64,000 nucleotides of DNA from Tubulanus polymorphus. Taxonomy: Eukaryota > Animalia > Nemertea. The DNA lies in NCBI RefSeq assembly GCF_964204645.1, contig NC_134030.1, positions 22,218,210 through 22,282,209 on the forward strand, in the 5' to 3' direction. The translations under genes and the position numbers were made by a program. The notes under the pieces are model-generated. The model saw only the letters and a list, made by a program, of their open reading frames with translations. It was not told where the DNA came from and ran no database searches. This document shows positions 1 to 11,820 of the stretch, piece after piece (position 1 is the stretch's first letter; every line of letters begins with the position of its first letter).

Positions 1-200
1 AAGATGGCGTTTTCATGTTATCGAATCTTTTTCGTGTTAATCACATTTATCATCAGTCAATCAGCGTGCTATATTTAGTTCTATTACGCGGCTAGTGTCC
101 GAGGTTTCCCAATTATCCATTATTTCCAAAGTTCATTGGTCTTATTATGCGTTAGTGACACCTGGTGGATCCTCACTTGCCACAAGTAGAAATCTTCTAT

Positions 201-2364
201 ACGGGATAACGACACAAATTCAAGTTCTTGAATTACTCGTTTGATGGCGCTAGTCAGAACCGGAAATTGGAACCTAAATCCACCGGAATTGGCTATTTCG
301 GATGACTCAAAACCAGGTTCCTATTTTTCGTTTCGTCTGTAATAGTTCGGATTTTATACCATCAACAAATGAACTTGAACTTTAATTTTATTGATCCATA
401 TAATATACAAACGGAAGATCTCATTGGATTCGAGTCCCACTTACCTCAGTGTACTCTGGATTGATTTTTTAGGTCCGATTTTAAAAGGGCTTTCCCTGGA
501 GGGAAGGGAGGCGACTTACAAATCCCAAAATTCCACACAAGCCTTTGTAAAATTAGAGAAAGAAAAAACAAGAGACAACAGAAAAGAAAAACTATATTGG
601 CATATATTTATTTTTTGCTTCAGTGAAATAGATTTGCACAACAAACAAACAACAGTCACTGGGTAGGCCCTACCGTACCAACAAGTTTGAATAAAAATAC
701 TACTTAGAATCATAATTACTACAGTCTGAATGTGAGTTAAGGCTAAACAATAATGATACCTTGTTTCTCCGCAGCGGTCGGGTCATTTTTGTAAAATATG
801 ATAAAATTTGTAAACAGTTCATTTCTATAGCGGCCGGGTCTGTTATGGTTAAATTGATCACTATTTTAAAAAATGTAATGTATAGGGTAGATAGGCGGCC
901 GGCCGGGTCAACATTTAAGCTCAGCAGAGCGGAGAAACAAGGTATCAATTTTTTTTTGCCTAAAATATACTGTTTACCGGTATCTATAATAAACAGAATT
1001 CAATAGTCACATTACTAATACAGAGTACTTTCAAGCATCAATACCAAAGACAATTAGGCCTACAACTACATGTTAAGACACATTCAGTCCTCGAAACATT
1101 TTGTTAGAGATAAGCACGGCGCTAGTATGTACGACCACATATTGCAGGTAACAAATTATTGCAACACCTAATGCTATACTCAATAATTGCATCCCGGGTG
1201 GCCTTAAAATCACTACAGTCAGTAGATGACAGCGCAGACAATGTCGAATAGTCCGCCATACATATGTCATTCAACATGCTAATGTAAAATGCTAATCCGT
1301 TATACTATCTGTAGACGAACTTGAACTTGAACTTGAACTTATATTTATTGCGCCGTATATAACATTTATACATAGGATAAGACATGCAATAAATTTACAG
1401 GACAAAACATTGAAGAATGACATTAAATAGAGAATACATAATACATAGTAGCATAAACAAAAAACAAAAAACAAGAACTTATACAAGAAATAATGAGAAA
1501 AGCGCCCTCAGTCGCAAAGCTGAGGAACGGTCTGGTTTTGAGTCATCTGAAATAGTCAGTTCCAAATCCACCATGCTCTAGTTCATTTCAATGAAAATCT
1601 CTCGCTTCAAGTTTTCAACTAGCGATATTTTACTAACTATACATCGTCACGCATAATCCTTGAAATGTGTTATCCTACCGCTACATTGGATATGATAAAA
1701 CTTCACTGCAAAGGCTAGAAATCACTATAAATGTCCTATAATTATCAAAAAACATTTTGCAACGGCTGACGATGTAAAGACTGGTTGCCAGGTATCACAT
1801 GGTGGCAGCGTATGTAAAGACTGGTTTGCCAGGTATCACATGGTGGCAGCACTTGACGGCCCAATTAAGATTGTTGGTTCGAGTCCTGGTACTTTTCATA
1901 TTTTTATTATGAATCTACGAGTTTAGTCCTTCTAAAATCAACTTTAATTTTATATCATGATTTTATTTTCATTATTTCCTATCTATCAGTGTAGCCTGCA
2001 AAAAATTTACCTTAGAGTCTTGAAATCAACAACAAAGTGATGCCACCCGGCACCAGTCATTACTTCCGTTAGCTGCTTCGAGCGTCATCGCTAAATTTGT
2101 TATTTTTGGTAGTTGTTTGACATTTCTAGTAATCTTGAGCGTTCGGAGTGAGGTTTTATCGAATTCAACACATTGTCAGGATATCATACTCAAAGGGGTA
2201 TGCGTGCCGTTGTATGGTAAGTAAAATATCGCTAACCAAAAACTTGAAGCGAGAGATTTTTATTGCAAATGAACTAGAACATGGCGGATTTAGGTTACAA
2301 TTTTTCTGACTATATAGCGCCATCAAACGAGTAATTCAAGAACTTGAATTTGTCGATATGCCGT
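201..2364. mobile_element. Non-autonomous TIR DNA transposon inserted in a 78-bp repeat unit (intron 3 of peptide gene copy 1)
   Basis: Left end ACGGGATAACGACACAAATTCAAGTTCTTGAATTACTCGTTTGATGGCGCTA is an imperfect inverted repeat of the right end TAGCGCCATCAAACGAGTAATTCAAGAACTTGAATTTGTCGATATGCCGT. AT flanks both ends (199-200, 2365-2366). Absent from the paralogous intron at ~7570-7600. Confidence 0.75.
285..1563. mobile_element. Nested Mutator-like non-autonomous element
   Basis: TIRs GGAATTGGCTATTTCGGATGACTCAAAACCAG / CTGGTTTTGAGTCATCTGAAATAGTCAGTTCC. Perfect 9-bp TSD AAATCCACC at 276-284 and 1564-1572. It interrupts the left arm of the outer element. Confidence 0.75.
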
Positions 2365-2860
2365 ATTGCCGCAGAAGTTGATGTCCTACTGCACACTAGT
2401 GACACCTGGTGGATCATCACTTGCCACAAGTGGAATCCTCTATTGCCGCAGAAGTCGATGTCCTACTGCTCACTAGTGACACCTGGTGGATCCTCACTTG
2501 CCACAAGTGGAATCCTCTATTGCCGCAGTAGTTGATGTCCTTCTGGACACTAGTGACACCTGGTGGATCCTCACTTGCCACAAGTGGAATCCTCTATTGC
2601 CGCAGTAGTTGATGTCCTACTGCACACTAACGACCCCTGGTGGATCCTCACTTGCCTCAAGTGGAATCCTCTATTGCCGCAGTAGTTGATGTCCTTCTGT
2701 ACACTAGTGACACCTGGTGGATCCTCACTTGCCACAAGTGGAATCCTCTATTGCCGCAGTAGTTGATGTCCTACTGCACACTAGCGACACTTGGTGGATC
2801 CTCACGACAAGTGGAACCCTTTTTCATTGATGTACACCTAGCGACACCTGGTGGATACTT
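2365..2860. repeat. 78-bp minisatellite (copy 1)
   Basis: Unit ...ATGTCCTACTGCACACTAGTGACACCTGGTGGATCCTCACTTGCCACAAGTGGAATCCTCTATTGCCGCAG..., about 6 copies, no spacers. Confidence 0.9.
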
Positions 2861-2901
2861 GTTGATCTAAATAATTTGATTAATGTTCCTTAATGTTGTA
2901 G

Positions 2902-2951
2902 GTACTACTTCACCTGGATGTAGATTTGGGGGATTGTTGTGTGGAAGATAG
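2902..2951 (+). CDS. Last coding exon of secreted peptide precursor, copy 1 (upstream exons lie before the window)
   Basis: Identical to 8132-8181. TTGTAG acceptor, encodes (G)TTSPGCRFGGLLCGR*, AATAAA at ~3016. Confidence 0.7.
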
Positions 2952-3326
2952 GCTACCGGCAGCTAGTTAGAACAGATTACTCGAAATTTATTGTCTCTAC
3001 AACAAAACTTGTGAAAATAAACAAAATTTACGATCCATGAAACTAACATCAATATTGTTCAGTATAAAGCGGCATGTTGCATTCACCGATGATCGAACGA
3101 AGCTACAATATGTGGGTTCGAATCCCACTAGCTGTGCTCGTACAGCCAGGGCCAAATTCGGTTTTCGGATCTAGTCACTAGTGGTCGGAACCAATAACTG
3201 AATGCGCTCAATTTCCGATTTCCGGAATATAGTTCCGACTTTAACTTACAACATTCGGTTTCACTAAGTTCGGCTGGTCGACTAACTCAGATAACCGAAG
3301 TTGGCCCAGGACGACGATACTCAGAA

Positions 3327-3748
3327 TTATCCGCCATGTTTACCAGCTTTGCCCACGCAGTTTAAAGCGCCAGCTCTGACATCGTTACGGAATGAACTGC
3401 TGCATATGAATATGAAAGCGTTGATCCAGTGATTGATGCTGGCGACGTAGAATGCAGCCAATTCTCCCAAATTTAAAAACTTCGCGTAATTCTGATAAAC
3501 ACAACTCGTCAAATAGAACATGTACGTTTCCACAAGACTTCCTTTCTCGAACATCAGGAGATAGATGAGGCGTTTTAGAAACGACAAGAAGAAAAAAGCG
3601 ACCGATGTAGAAACGGCTAAAACTGTGATCTTTTTCGCGGCTGCTTTTTTCTTATCGTCTGCGCCCTGTTGGTTTGACATATTCGCCGAGCCGCGAACCC
3701 CGTATATGATCGCCCCGTTAGCGATGGCCATCACGAATATCGGTAGAT
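3327..3748 (-). pseudogene. 5'-truncated copy of the class A GPCR (TM5-TM7 and C-tail only)
   Basis: Near-identical to 8551-8972. Similarity stops abruptly at ~3748, where a 55-bp tandem repeat begins. TM1-4 are missing. Confidence 0.85.
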
Positions 3749-3755
3749 CACGAAT

Positions 3756-4181
3756 AGCAGTCTCAACACGCTACCGAGTTCCCTGATTCTCAACTGGGTG
3801 AAATATTTACAGCAGTCTCAACACACTACCGAGTTCCCTGATTCTCAACTCGGTGAAATATTTACAGCAGTCCCAACGCTACCGAGTTCCCCGATTCTCA
3901 ACTCTGTGAAATATTTACAGCAGTCCCAACACGCTACCTAGTTCCCTGATTCTCAACTCGGTGAAATATTTACATCAGTCCCAACACGTTACCTAGTTCC
4001 CTGATTCTCAACTCGGTGAAATATTTACAGCAGTCCCAACACGCTACCGAGTTCCCTGATTCTCAACTCGGTGAAATATTTACAGCAGTCTCAACACGCT
4101 ACCTAGTTCCCTGATTCTCAACTCGGTGATGTATTTACAGCAGTCTCAACACGCTACCGAGTTCCCTGATTCTCAACTCGG
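3756..4181. repeat. 55-bp minisatellite at the GPCR truncation point
   Basis: Unit CAGCAGTCTCAACACGCTACCGAGTTCCCTGATTCTCAACTCGGTGAAATATTTA, about 8 copies. Confidence 0.9.
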
Positions 4182-4679
4182 GGCCCACCAGGGGGCGTGG
4201 AACCGTTATTTCAAATTTATCAAATTTTAAATCCTTGTTGAAAATGGTACTCGCGAATAACTTGATTAATCAGAGAGGCCGATCTTAATCTACACCTGAC
4301 TGAGGAATGAGTGTGTACCTATAAACTGTGTGCCCCCTGGTGGTTATTTTTGGAACTATGAATCATGTAAATTGTTGAATTGTTTTATACTGCAGCTAAA
4401 GCGTGTTTATATATTTAAATGTTTACATGACGTAATTCATTTTTTTGTCGTGTCGTTGTTCGACTTTTTTCATGATAATAAGAGAGATGTCAGCGGCCAT
4501 CTTGGATTGTTTTTTCACTGCAATAAAATATTGTAGAAATAGAGAACGTTTTGATTTTGTTATTTTTCGGGACAATTCGATCGTTCCCGTTCTAGTTGAT
4601 GTTAAATCGAACTAGAGCATGCCTCCTCCAGGACCACTCATAATCGCAGTATTTGACAGTCAGTCACCCAGATCCAGTC

Positions 4680-5835
4680 ATCCAAACATCCAGTCGTCCT
4701 CATCTAGTCGCCCAGACATCCAACTTCCCTCACCTAGTCGCCCAGTTATCCAGCTTCCCTCGCCTAGTCGCCCAGACATCCAGCTTCCATCGCCTAGTCG
4801 CCCAGTTATCCAGCTTCCCTCGCCTAGTCGCCCAGACATCCAGCTTCCCTCGCCTAGTCGCCCAGTTATCCAGCTTCCCTCACCTAGTCGCCCAGACATC
4901 CAGCTTCCCTCGCCTAGTGGCCCAGACATCCAGCTTCCCTCACCTAGTGGCCCAGACATCCAGCTTCCCTCACCTAGTGGCCCAGACATCCAGCTTCCCT
5001 CGCCTAGTGGCCCAGACATCCAGCTTCCCTCACCTAGTGGCCCAGACATCCAGCTTCCCTCGCCTAGTGGCCCAGACATCCAGCTTCCCTCACCTAGTCG
5101 CCCAGACATCCAGCTTCCCTCGCCTAGTGGCCCAGACATCCAGCTTCCCTCGCCTAGTGGCCCAGACATCCAGCTTCCCTCGCCTAGTGGCCCAGACATC
5201 CAGCTTCCCTCACCTAGTGGCCCAGACATCCAGCTTCCCTCGCCTAGTGGCCCAGACATCCAGCTTCCCTCACCTAGTGGCCCAGACATCCAGCTTCCCT
5301 CGCCTAGTGGCCCAGACATCCAGCTTCCCTCACCTAGTCGCCCAGACATCCAGCTTCCCTCGCCTAGTGGCCCAGACATCCAGCTTCCCTCGCCTAGTGG
5401 CCCAGACATCCAGCTTCCCTCGCCTAGTGGCCCAGACATCCAGCTTCCCTCACCTAGTCGCCCAGACATCCAGCTTCCCTCGCCTAGTGGCCCAGACATC
5501 CAGCTTCCCTCGCCTAGTGGCCCAGACATCCAGCTTCCCTCGCCTAGTGGCCCAGACATCCAGCTTCCCTCGCCTAGTGGCCCAGACATCCAGCTTCCCT
5601 CACCTAGTGGCCCAGACATCCAGCTTCCCTCGCCTAGTGGCCCAGACATCCAGCTTCCCTCACCTAGTCGCCCAGACATCCAGCTTCCCTCGCCTAGTGG
5701 CCCAGACATCCAGCTTCCCTCGCCTAGTGGCCCAGACATCCAGCTTCCCTCGCCTAGTGGCCCAGACATCCAGCTTCCCTCACCTAGTGGCCCAGACATC
5801 CAGCTTCCCTCACCTAGTCGCCCAGTTATCCAAAC
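4680..5835. repeat. 30-bp minisatellite
   Basis: CCCAGACATCCAGCTTCCCTC(A/G)CCTAGT(G/C)G, about 38 copies. It produces the stop-free ORFs seen in three frames. Confidence 0.95.
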
Positions 5836-6255
5836 ATCCAGTCATCCAGTCACAGTATACTTTTTCAGTGTGTACAGTCGGTTGGTTTTCGAATCATATC
5901 AAAATTGAGAACCGAATCACTGATGTTCTAACTCTCTCATAACCACGTATCACTTAGACCGTGATGACAATAATCGAATGGGATTTAGAGATGTTCATGA
6001 TAAAGCACAATAGTACCACATCATAAAACTGATCAGAGTTGAAAACAGCGAGAGATTTTACGAGTAAATTTATCGTCGAATTATCCGTTCAATTATAGTT
6101 TCAGAGATATCTTTCTTCAGTTCAATTACAGTTAACTGATAGTTTAGAAAGTTTGAACGTGTCTTATCAGATTTTCCGGCGTAATTCATCGATTTGTAAG
6201 CAATATGCTAATTACATACAAATTACTAAGTGATAAGTCAGACAAATGTAAAGTG

Positions 6256-6334
6256 TATATAAACACCAGTGAAATCCTAGTGAAACCGAATTGAAACATT
6301 TCAAGACAAACGACATAAAAACTCTTCTATCAAG
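6256..6334 (+). promoter_or_regulatory. TATA box and non-coding exon 1 of the peptide gene
   Basis: TATATAAA at 6256-6263. Consensus donor AAG|GTAAGT at 6334/6335. The next acceptor TTTCAG| sits immediately before the ATG at 6857. Confidence 0.6.
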
Positions 6335-6341
6335 GTAAGTG

Positions 6342-6780
6342 TCTCTATCTCTCTCTCTCTCCGTCACCTCTCTCTCCTCTCTCCATCACCATCACCTCTC
6401 TCTCCTCTCCATCAACTCTCCTCTCTCCATCACCTCTCTCTCCTCTCTCCATCACCTCTCTCTCCTCTTTCCATGACCTCTCTCTCCTCTCTTCATGACC
6501 TCTCTCTCCTCTCTCCATCACCTCTTTCCATCACCTCTCTCTCCTCTCTCCATCACCTCTTTCCATCACCTCTCTCTCCTCTTTCCATGACCTCTCTCTC
6601 CTCTCTTCATGACCTCTCTCTCCTCTCTCCATCACCTCTTTCCATCACCTCTCTCTCCTCTCCATCGCCATCAACTCTGTCTCCTCTCTCCATCAACTCT
6701 CTCTCCTCTCTCCATCACCTCTCCTCTCTCTCTCTCCTCTCCATCACCTCTCTCCCTCTCTTTCCCCCTGTCTTTCTGTC
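6342..6780. repeat. CT-rich low-complexity repeat (intron 1)
   Basis: (CCATCACCTCTCTCTCCTCTCT)n-type array. Confidence 0.9.
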
Positions 6781-6856
6781 TATAACAGGCCCATTATCTC
6801 GAAAAAAATTTGTTGTCAATGTCAATAATACATGTTTTGTTCCTAAATTATTTCAG

Positions 6857-8181
6857 ATGTTTTCCAAACAGTTTCTGGTTTTTGCTCTGTTGTTGGTGAT
6901 GATTTCTGTGACGCTCGCTTCAAAAGGTAAATGTACAGCGGTGACAAGGTTTAGATCTAAGACCAGCCCGGTATAGTCCGCACCAGTCCAGATCAGTTCA
7001 GTCCGGTCCGTTCAGGTCCGGTTCAGTCCTGTTTTGAAGAGTCCATTCGATTTATTTACACTCTGTTTCTACTTTTGTGTTTCATATAGTGAAGGAAACT
7101 CGAGCAAAACGAGGAAACGGAAACGGAAATAACGGAAACGGAAATGGAAACGGAGGTGGAAACAATGGAAACGGAGGTGGAAACAATGGAAACGGAAACG
7201 GAGGTAAGTTTAGCGGCATTGACACGATATTCCGCGTTCATTATGTACGCGTATGGTGCCGATCAATATATCAGAATACGGCGCTTACACAAGATTTGAC
7301 ACGTAGTAAGACCGCTTTAATTATGCGGATATTCAATGAATCCAAGATGGCGTTTTCATGTTATCGAATCTTTTTCGTGTTAATCACATTTATCAATCAG
7401 CCAATCAGCGTGCTATATTTAATTCTATTACGCGGCTAGTGTGTGTACGTTTTTTTATCATGAATTCTATTGCTTCTTCAACTCTAATTGTCCGAGGTTT
7501 CCCAATTATCCATTATTTCCAAAGTTCATTGGTCTTACTATGCGTTAGTGACACCTGGTGGATCCTCACTTGCCACAAGTATAGATCTTTTATTGCCGCA
7601 GTAATTAATGTCCTACTGCACACAAGTGACACCTGGTGGATCCTCACTTGCCACAAGTATAAATCCTTTATTGCCGCAGCAATTAATGTCCTACTGCACA
7701 CTAGCGACACCTGGTGGATCTTCACTTGCCACAAGTATAAATCCTTTATTGCCGCAGAAGTTAATGTCCTACTGCACACTAGTGACACCTGTTGGATCCT
7801 CACTTGCCACAAGTATAAATCCTTTATTGCCGCAGAAGTTAATGTCCTACCGCACACTAGCGACACATGGTGGATCCTCACTTGCCACAAGTGGAATTCT
7901 CTATTGCCGCAGAAATTGATGTCCTACTGCACACTAGTAACACCTGGTGAATCCTCACTTGCCACAAGTGGAATCCTCTTTTGCCGCAGTAGTTGATATC
8001 CTACTGCACACTAGCGACACCTGGTGGATCCTCACGACAAGGAGAACCCTTTTTCATTGATGTACACCTAGCGACACCTGGTGGATACTTGTTGATCTAA
8101 ATAATTTGATTAATGTTCCTTAATGTTGTAGGTACTACTTCACCTGGATGTAGATTTGGGGGATTGTTGTGTGGAAGATAG
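6857..8181 (+). CDS. Secreted Gly/Asn-rich peptide precursor, 77 aa, with a predicted disulfide loop and C-terminal amidation
   Basis: Exons 6857-6926, 7090-7203 and 8132-8181 (phase-1 GT-AG introns, 234 nt) give MFSKQFLVFALLLVMISVTLASKVKETRAKR-GNGNGNNGNGNGNGGGNNGNGGGNNGNGNGGTTSPGCRFGGLLC-GR*. It has a signal peptide, a furin-type RAKR site and a G-R amidation signal. AATAAA at 8246-8251. Confidence 0.8.
7545..8090. repeat. 78-bp minisatellite (copy 2, intron 3)
   Basis: Period 78 (TATTGCCGCA at 7591, 7669 and onward), about 6.5 copies. Confidence 0.9.
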
Positions 8182-8379
8182 GCTACCGGCAGCTAGTTAG
8201 AACAGATTACTCGAAATTTATTGTCTCTACAACAAAACTTGTGAAAATAAACAAAATTTACGATCCATGAAACTAACATCAATATTGTTCAGTATAAAGC
8301 GGCATGTTGCATTCACCGATGATCGAACGAAGCTACAATATGTGGGTTCGAATCCCACTAGCTGTGCTCGTACAGCCAG

Positions 8380-8536
8380 GGTCAAATTCGGTTTTCGGAT
8401 TTAGTGACTAGTGGTCGGAACCAATAACTGAATGCGCTCAATTTTCGATTTCCGGAATATAGTTCCGACTTCAACTTACAACATTCGGTTTCACTAAGTT
8501 CGGCTGGTCGACTAACTCAGATAACCGAAGTTGGCC
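8380..8536. mobile_element. Tourist/PIF-Harbinger-like MITE (paralogous copy at ~3150-3306)
   Basis: TIRs GG(T/C)CAAATTCGGTT / AACCGAAGTTGGCC with CAG flanking both ends. Confidence 0.55.
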
Positions 8537-8550
8537 CAGGGCGACCAGAA

Positions 8551-9543
8551 CTATCCGCCATGTTTACCAGCTGAGCCCACGCAGCTTAAAGCGCCAGCTC
8601 TGACATCGTTACGGAATGAACTGCTGCATATGAATATGAAAGCGTTGATCCAGTGATTGATGCTGGCGACGTAGAATGCAGCCCATTCTCCCAAATTTAA
8701 AAACTTCGCGTAATTCTGATAAACACAGCTCGTCAAATAGAACATGTACGTTTCCACAAGACTTCCTTTCTCGAACATCAGGAGATAGATGAGGCCTTTT
8801 AGAAACGACAAGAAGAAAAAAGCGACCGATGTAGAAACGACTAAAACTGTGATCTTTTTCGCGGCTGCCTTTTTCTTATCGTCTGCGCCCTGTTGGTTTG
8901 ACATATTCGCCGAGCCGCGAACCCCGTATATGATCGCCCCGTTAGCGATGGCCATCACGAATATCGGTAGATATATATCCATGATATTGTTGTAATGGAA
9001 ATACCACAAGTAGACAGTGTCGTAAGGTATGAGACAGTTTGTGACCGTTCCGTCCATGATGTCCCGTCCTTCGTGTAGCGCCGACCAGACGAGTTGGATT
9101 ATGATCAGTACAGCACTCGTAACGGCTATCGCTCGCTTAGCTCTACCTACAGTGCACAGAGTGGCCGCTTGAAGAGGTTTAGAAACGGCTACAGCGCGAT
9201 CAACCGTCATCAGAACCAGGATCCAAACAGCTATCTGTTTCGGGCAGATAGTATGAAACACTTTGATGATACAACCAGCGCGATTCGATTTGATATGGTA
9301 CAAGTCAATCAAATGCGTTACCGAAATACAGACCATCGCGTACAAGTCAGCCCCGCCCAGAAATAACATGTAGAAATGACCGGCACTGGACGACGCTTTT
9401 TTGTACGTCCCGAAAGCGATCAGAACCAAACCGATCAAACTCAATATCGGGAACGAATAATCTAAGGCGTACATCAATGGATCCAGGTAATGAGTCATCC
9501 AACTCAGGTCTAACATTGGACATCTTGCAGTACTGTTTGCCAT
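8551..9543 (-). CDS. Rhodopsin-like (class A) GPCR, 330 aa, intronless CDS, peptide-receptor/chemoreceptor-like
   Basis: Seven hydrophobic segments. TM2 GADL, TM3 MTVDRAVAVSKPL, Cys in ECL1/TM3 and ECL2, TM7 INHWINAFIF, helix 8 SSSFR, N-terminal NST sequon. Confidence 0.92.
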   Translation of the reverse strand: MANSTARCPMLDLSWMTHYLDPLMYALDYSFPILSLIGLVLIAFGTYKKASSSAGHFYMLFLGGADLYAMVCISVTHLIDLYHIKSNRAGCIIKVFHTICPKQIAVWILVLMTVDRAVAVSKPLQAATLCTVGRAKRAIAVTSAVLIIIQLVWSALHEGRDIMDGTVTNCLIPYDTVYLWYFHYNNIMDIYLPIFVMAIANGAIIYGVRGSANMSNQQGADDKKKAAAKKITVLVVSTSVAFFFLSFLKGLIYLLMFEKGSLVETYMFYLTSCVYQNYAKFLNLGEWAAFYVASINHWINAFIFICSSSFRNDVRAGALSCVGSAGKHGG

Positions 9544-9619
9544 TTCGACCTGTTTAATGAGAAAGCGAGGGATTTTAAATTCAACTGCGATTTGTCAACT
9601 TTCTACCATTACATAAATA

Positions 9620-11820
9620 CGGTAGATTCCACATAGCTGTCAAAGGTAGATTCCACATAGCTGTCAAAGGTAGATTCCACATAGCTGTCAAAAGGTGGAT
9701 TCCACATAGCTGTCAAAGGTGGATTCCACTTAGCTGTCAAAGGTGGATTCCACTTAGCTGTCAAAGGTGGATTCCACTTAGCTGTCAAAGGTGGATTCCA
9801 CTTAGCTGTCAAAGGTGGATTCCACATAGCTGTCATAGCTAATTGTTGTAATTGTTATAGATTTTGATTTTGTTTTTTTTTGTTGCTCAAAGCAATTGTA
9901 TTTTGTCGAGCAATAAAACATATTTTATATTCTATTCTATGTGATAGATGGATTCCACAGCAGTGATAGATTGATTCCACAGCAGTGATAGATTGATTCC
10001 ACAGCAGTGATAGATTGATTCCACAGCAGTCATAGATTGATTCCACATAGCTGTGATAGATTGATTCCGCATAGCTGTGATAGAGAGGTGGATTCCACAT
10101 AGCCGTGATAGAGAGGTGGATTCCACATAGCTGTGATAGAGAGGTGGATTCCACATAGCTGTGATAGAGAGGTGGATTCCACATAGCTGTGATAGAGAGG
10201 TGGATTCCACATAGCTGTGATAGAGAGGTGGATTCCACATAGCTGTGATAGAGAGGTGGATTCCACATAGCTGTGATAGAGAGGTGGATTCCACATAGCC
10301 GTGATAGAGAGGTGGATTCCACATAGCCGTGATAGAGAGGTGGATTCCATATAGCTGTGATAGAGAGGTGGATTCCACATAGCTGTGATAGAGAGGTGGA
10401 TTCCACATAGCTGTGATAGAGAGGTGGATTCCACATAGCCGTGATAGAGAGGTGGATTCCACATAGCTGTGATAGAGAGGTGGATTCCACATAGCTGTGA
10501 TAGAGAGGTGGATTCCACATAGCTGTGATAGAGAGGTGGATTCCACATAGCTGTGATAGAGAGGTGGATTCCACATAGCTGTGATAGAGAGGTGGATTCA
10601 ACATAGCTGTGATAGAGAGGTGGATTCCACATAGCTGTGATAGAGAGGTGGATTCCACATAGCTGTGATAGAGAGGTGGATTCCACATAGCTGTGATAGA
10701 GAGGTGGATTCCACATAGCTGTGATAGATTGATTCCACATAGCTGTGATAGAGAGGTGGATTCCACATAGCTGTGATAGAGAGGTGGATTCCACATAGCT
10801 GTGATAGAGAGGTGGATTCCACATAGCCGTGATAGAGAGGTGGATTCAACATAGCTGTGATAGAGAGGTGGATTCCACATAGCTGTGATAGATTGATTCC
10901 ACATAGCTGTGATAGAGAGGTGGATTCCACATAGCTGTGATAGAGAGGTGGCTTCCACATAGCTGTGATAGAGAGGTGGATTCCACATAGCTGTGATAGA
11001 GAGGTGGATTCCACATAGCTGTGATAGAGAGGTGGATTCCACATAGCTGTGATAGAGAGGTGGATTCCACATAGCTGTGATAGATTGATTCCACATAGCT
11101 GTGATAGAGAGGTGGATTCCACATAGCTGTGATAGAGAGGTGGATTCCACATAGCCGTGATAGAGAGGTGGATTCAACATAGCTGTGATAGAGAGGTGGA
11201 TTCCACATAGCTGTGATAGAGAGGTGGATTCCACATAGCTGTGATAGAGAGGTGGATTCCACATAGCTGTGATAGATTGATTCCACATAGCTGTGATAGA
11301 GAGGTGGATTCCACATAGCTGTGATAGAGAGGTGGATTCCACATAGCTGTGATAGAGAGGTGGATTCCACATAGCCGTGATAGAGAGGTGGATTCAACAT
11401 AGCTGTGATAGAGAGGTGGATTCCACATAGCTGTGATAGAGAGGTGGATTCCACATAGCTGTGATAGAGAGGTGGATTCCACATAGCTGTGATAGAGAGG
11501 TGGATTCCACATAGCCGTGATAGAGAGGTGGATTCCACATAGCTGTCAAAGGTGGATTCCACATAGCTGTCAAAGGTAGATTCCACATAGCCGTGATAGA
11601 GAGGTGGATTCCACATAGCTGTCAAAGGTGGATTCCACATAGCTGTCAAAGGTAGATTCCACATAGCCGTGATAGAGAGGTGGATTCCACATAGCTGTCA
11701 AAGGTGGATTCCACATAGCTGTCAAAGGTAGATTCCACATAGCTGTGATAGAGAGGTGGATTCCACATAGCTGTGATAGAGAGGTGGATTCCACATAGCT
11801 GTGATAGAGAGGTGGATTCC
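9620..11820. repeat. Compound 22/24/28-bp minisatellite in the GPCR 5' intron
   Basis: Units GATTCCACATAGCTGTCAAAGGTG (24), GATTCCACAGCAGTGATAGATT (22) and GATTCCACATAGCTGTGATAGAGAGGTG (28). Confidence 0.95.

Noticed and set aside
3100-3135. tRNA-like GGTTCGAATCCC (also ~1876, ~15724, ~35818)
   Set aside because: Isolated B-box motifs with no full cloverleaf. At most SINE remnants.
3756-4181. CRISPR-like appearance of the 55-, 78- and 82-bp arrays
   Set aside because: Head-to-tail repeats with no unique spacers, no cas genes, and a eukaryotic context.
4619-5942. 373-429 aa repeat ORFs in three frames
   Set aside because: By-product of a 30-bp stop-free minisatellite. No signal peptide or splice support, and open on both strands.
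6473-7996. ORFs 6473-6976, 7077-7439 and 7358-7996 as whole proteins
   Set aside because: Only the parts 6857-6926 and 7090-7203 are exonic. The rest is CT-rich or 78-bp intronic repeat.
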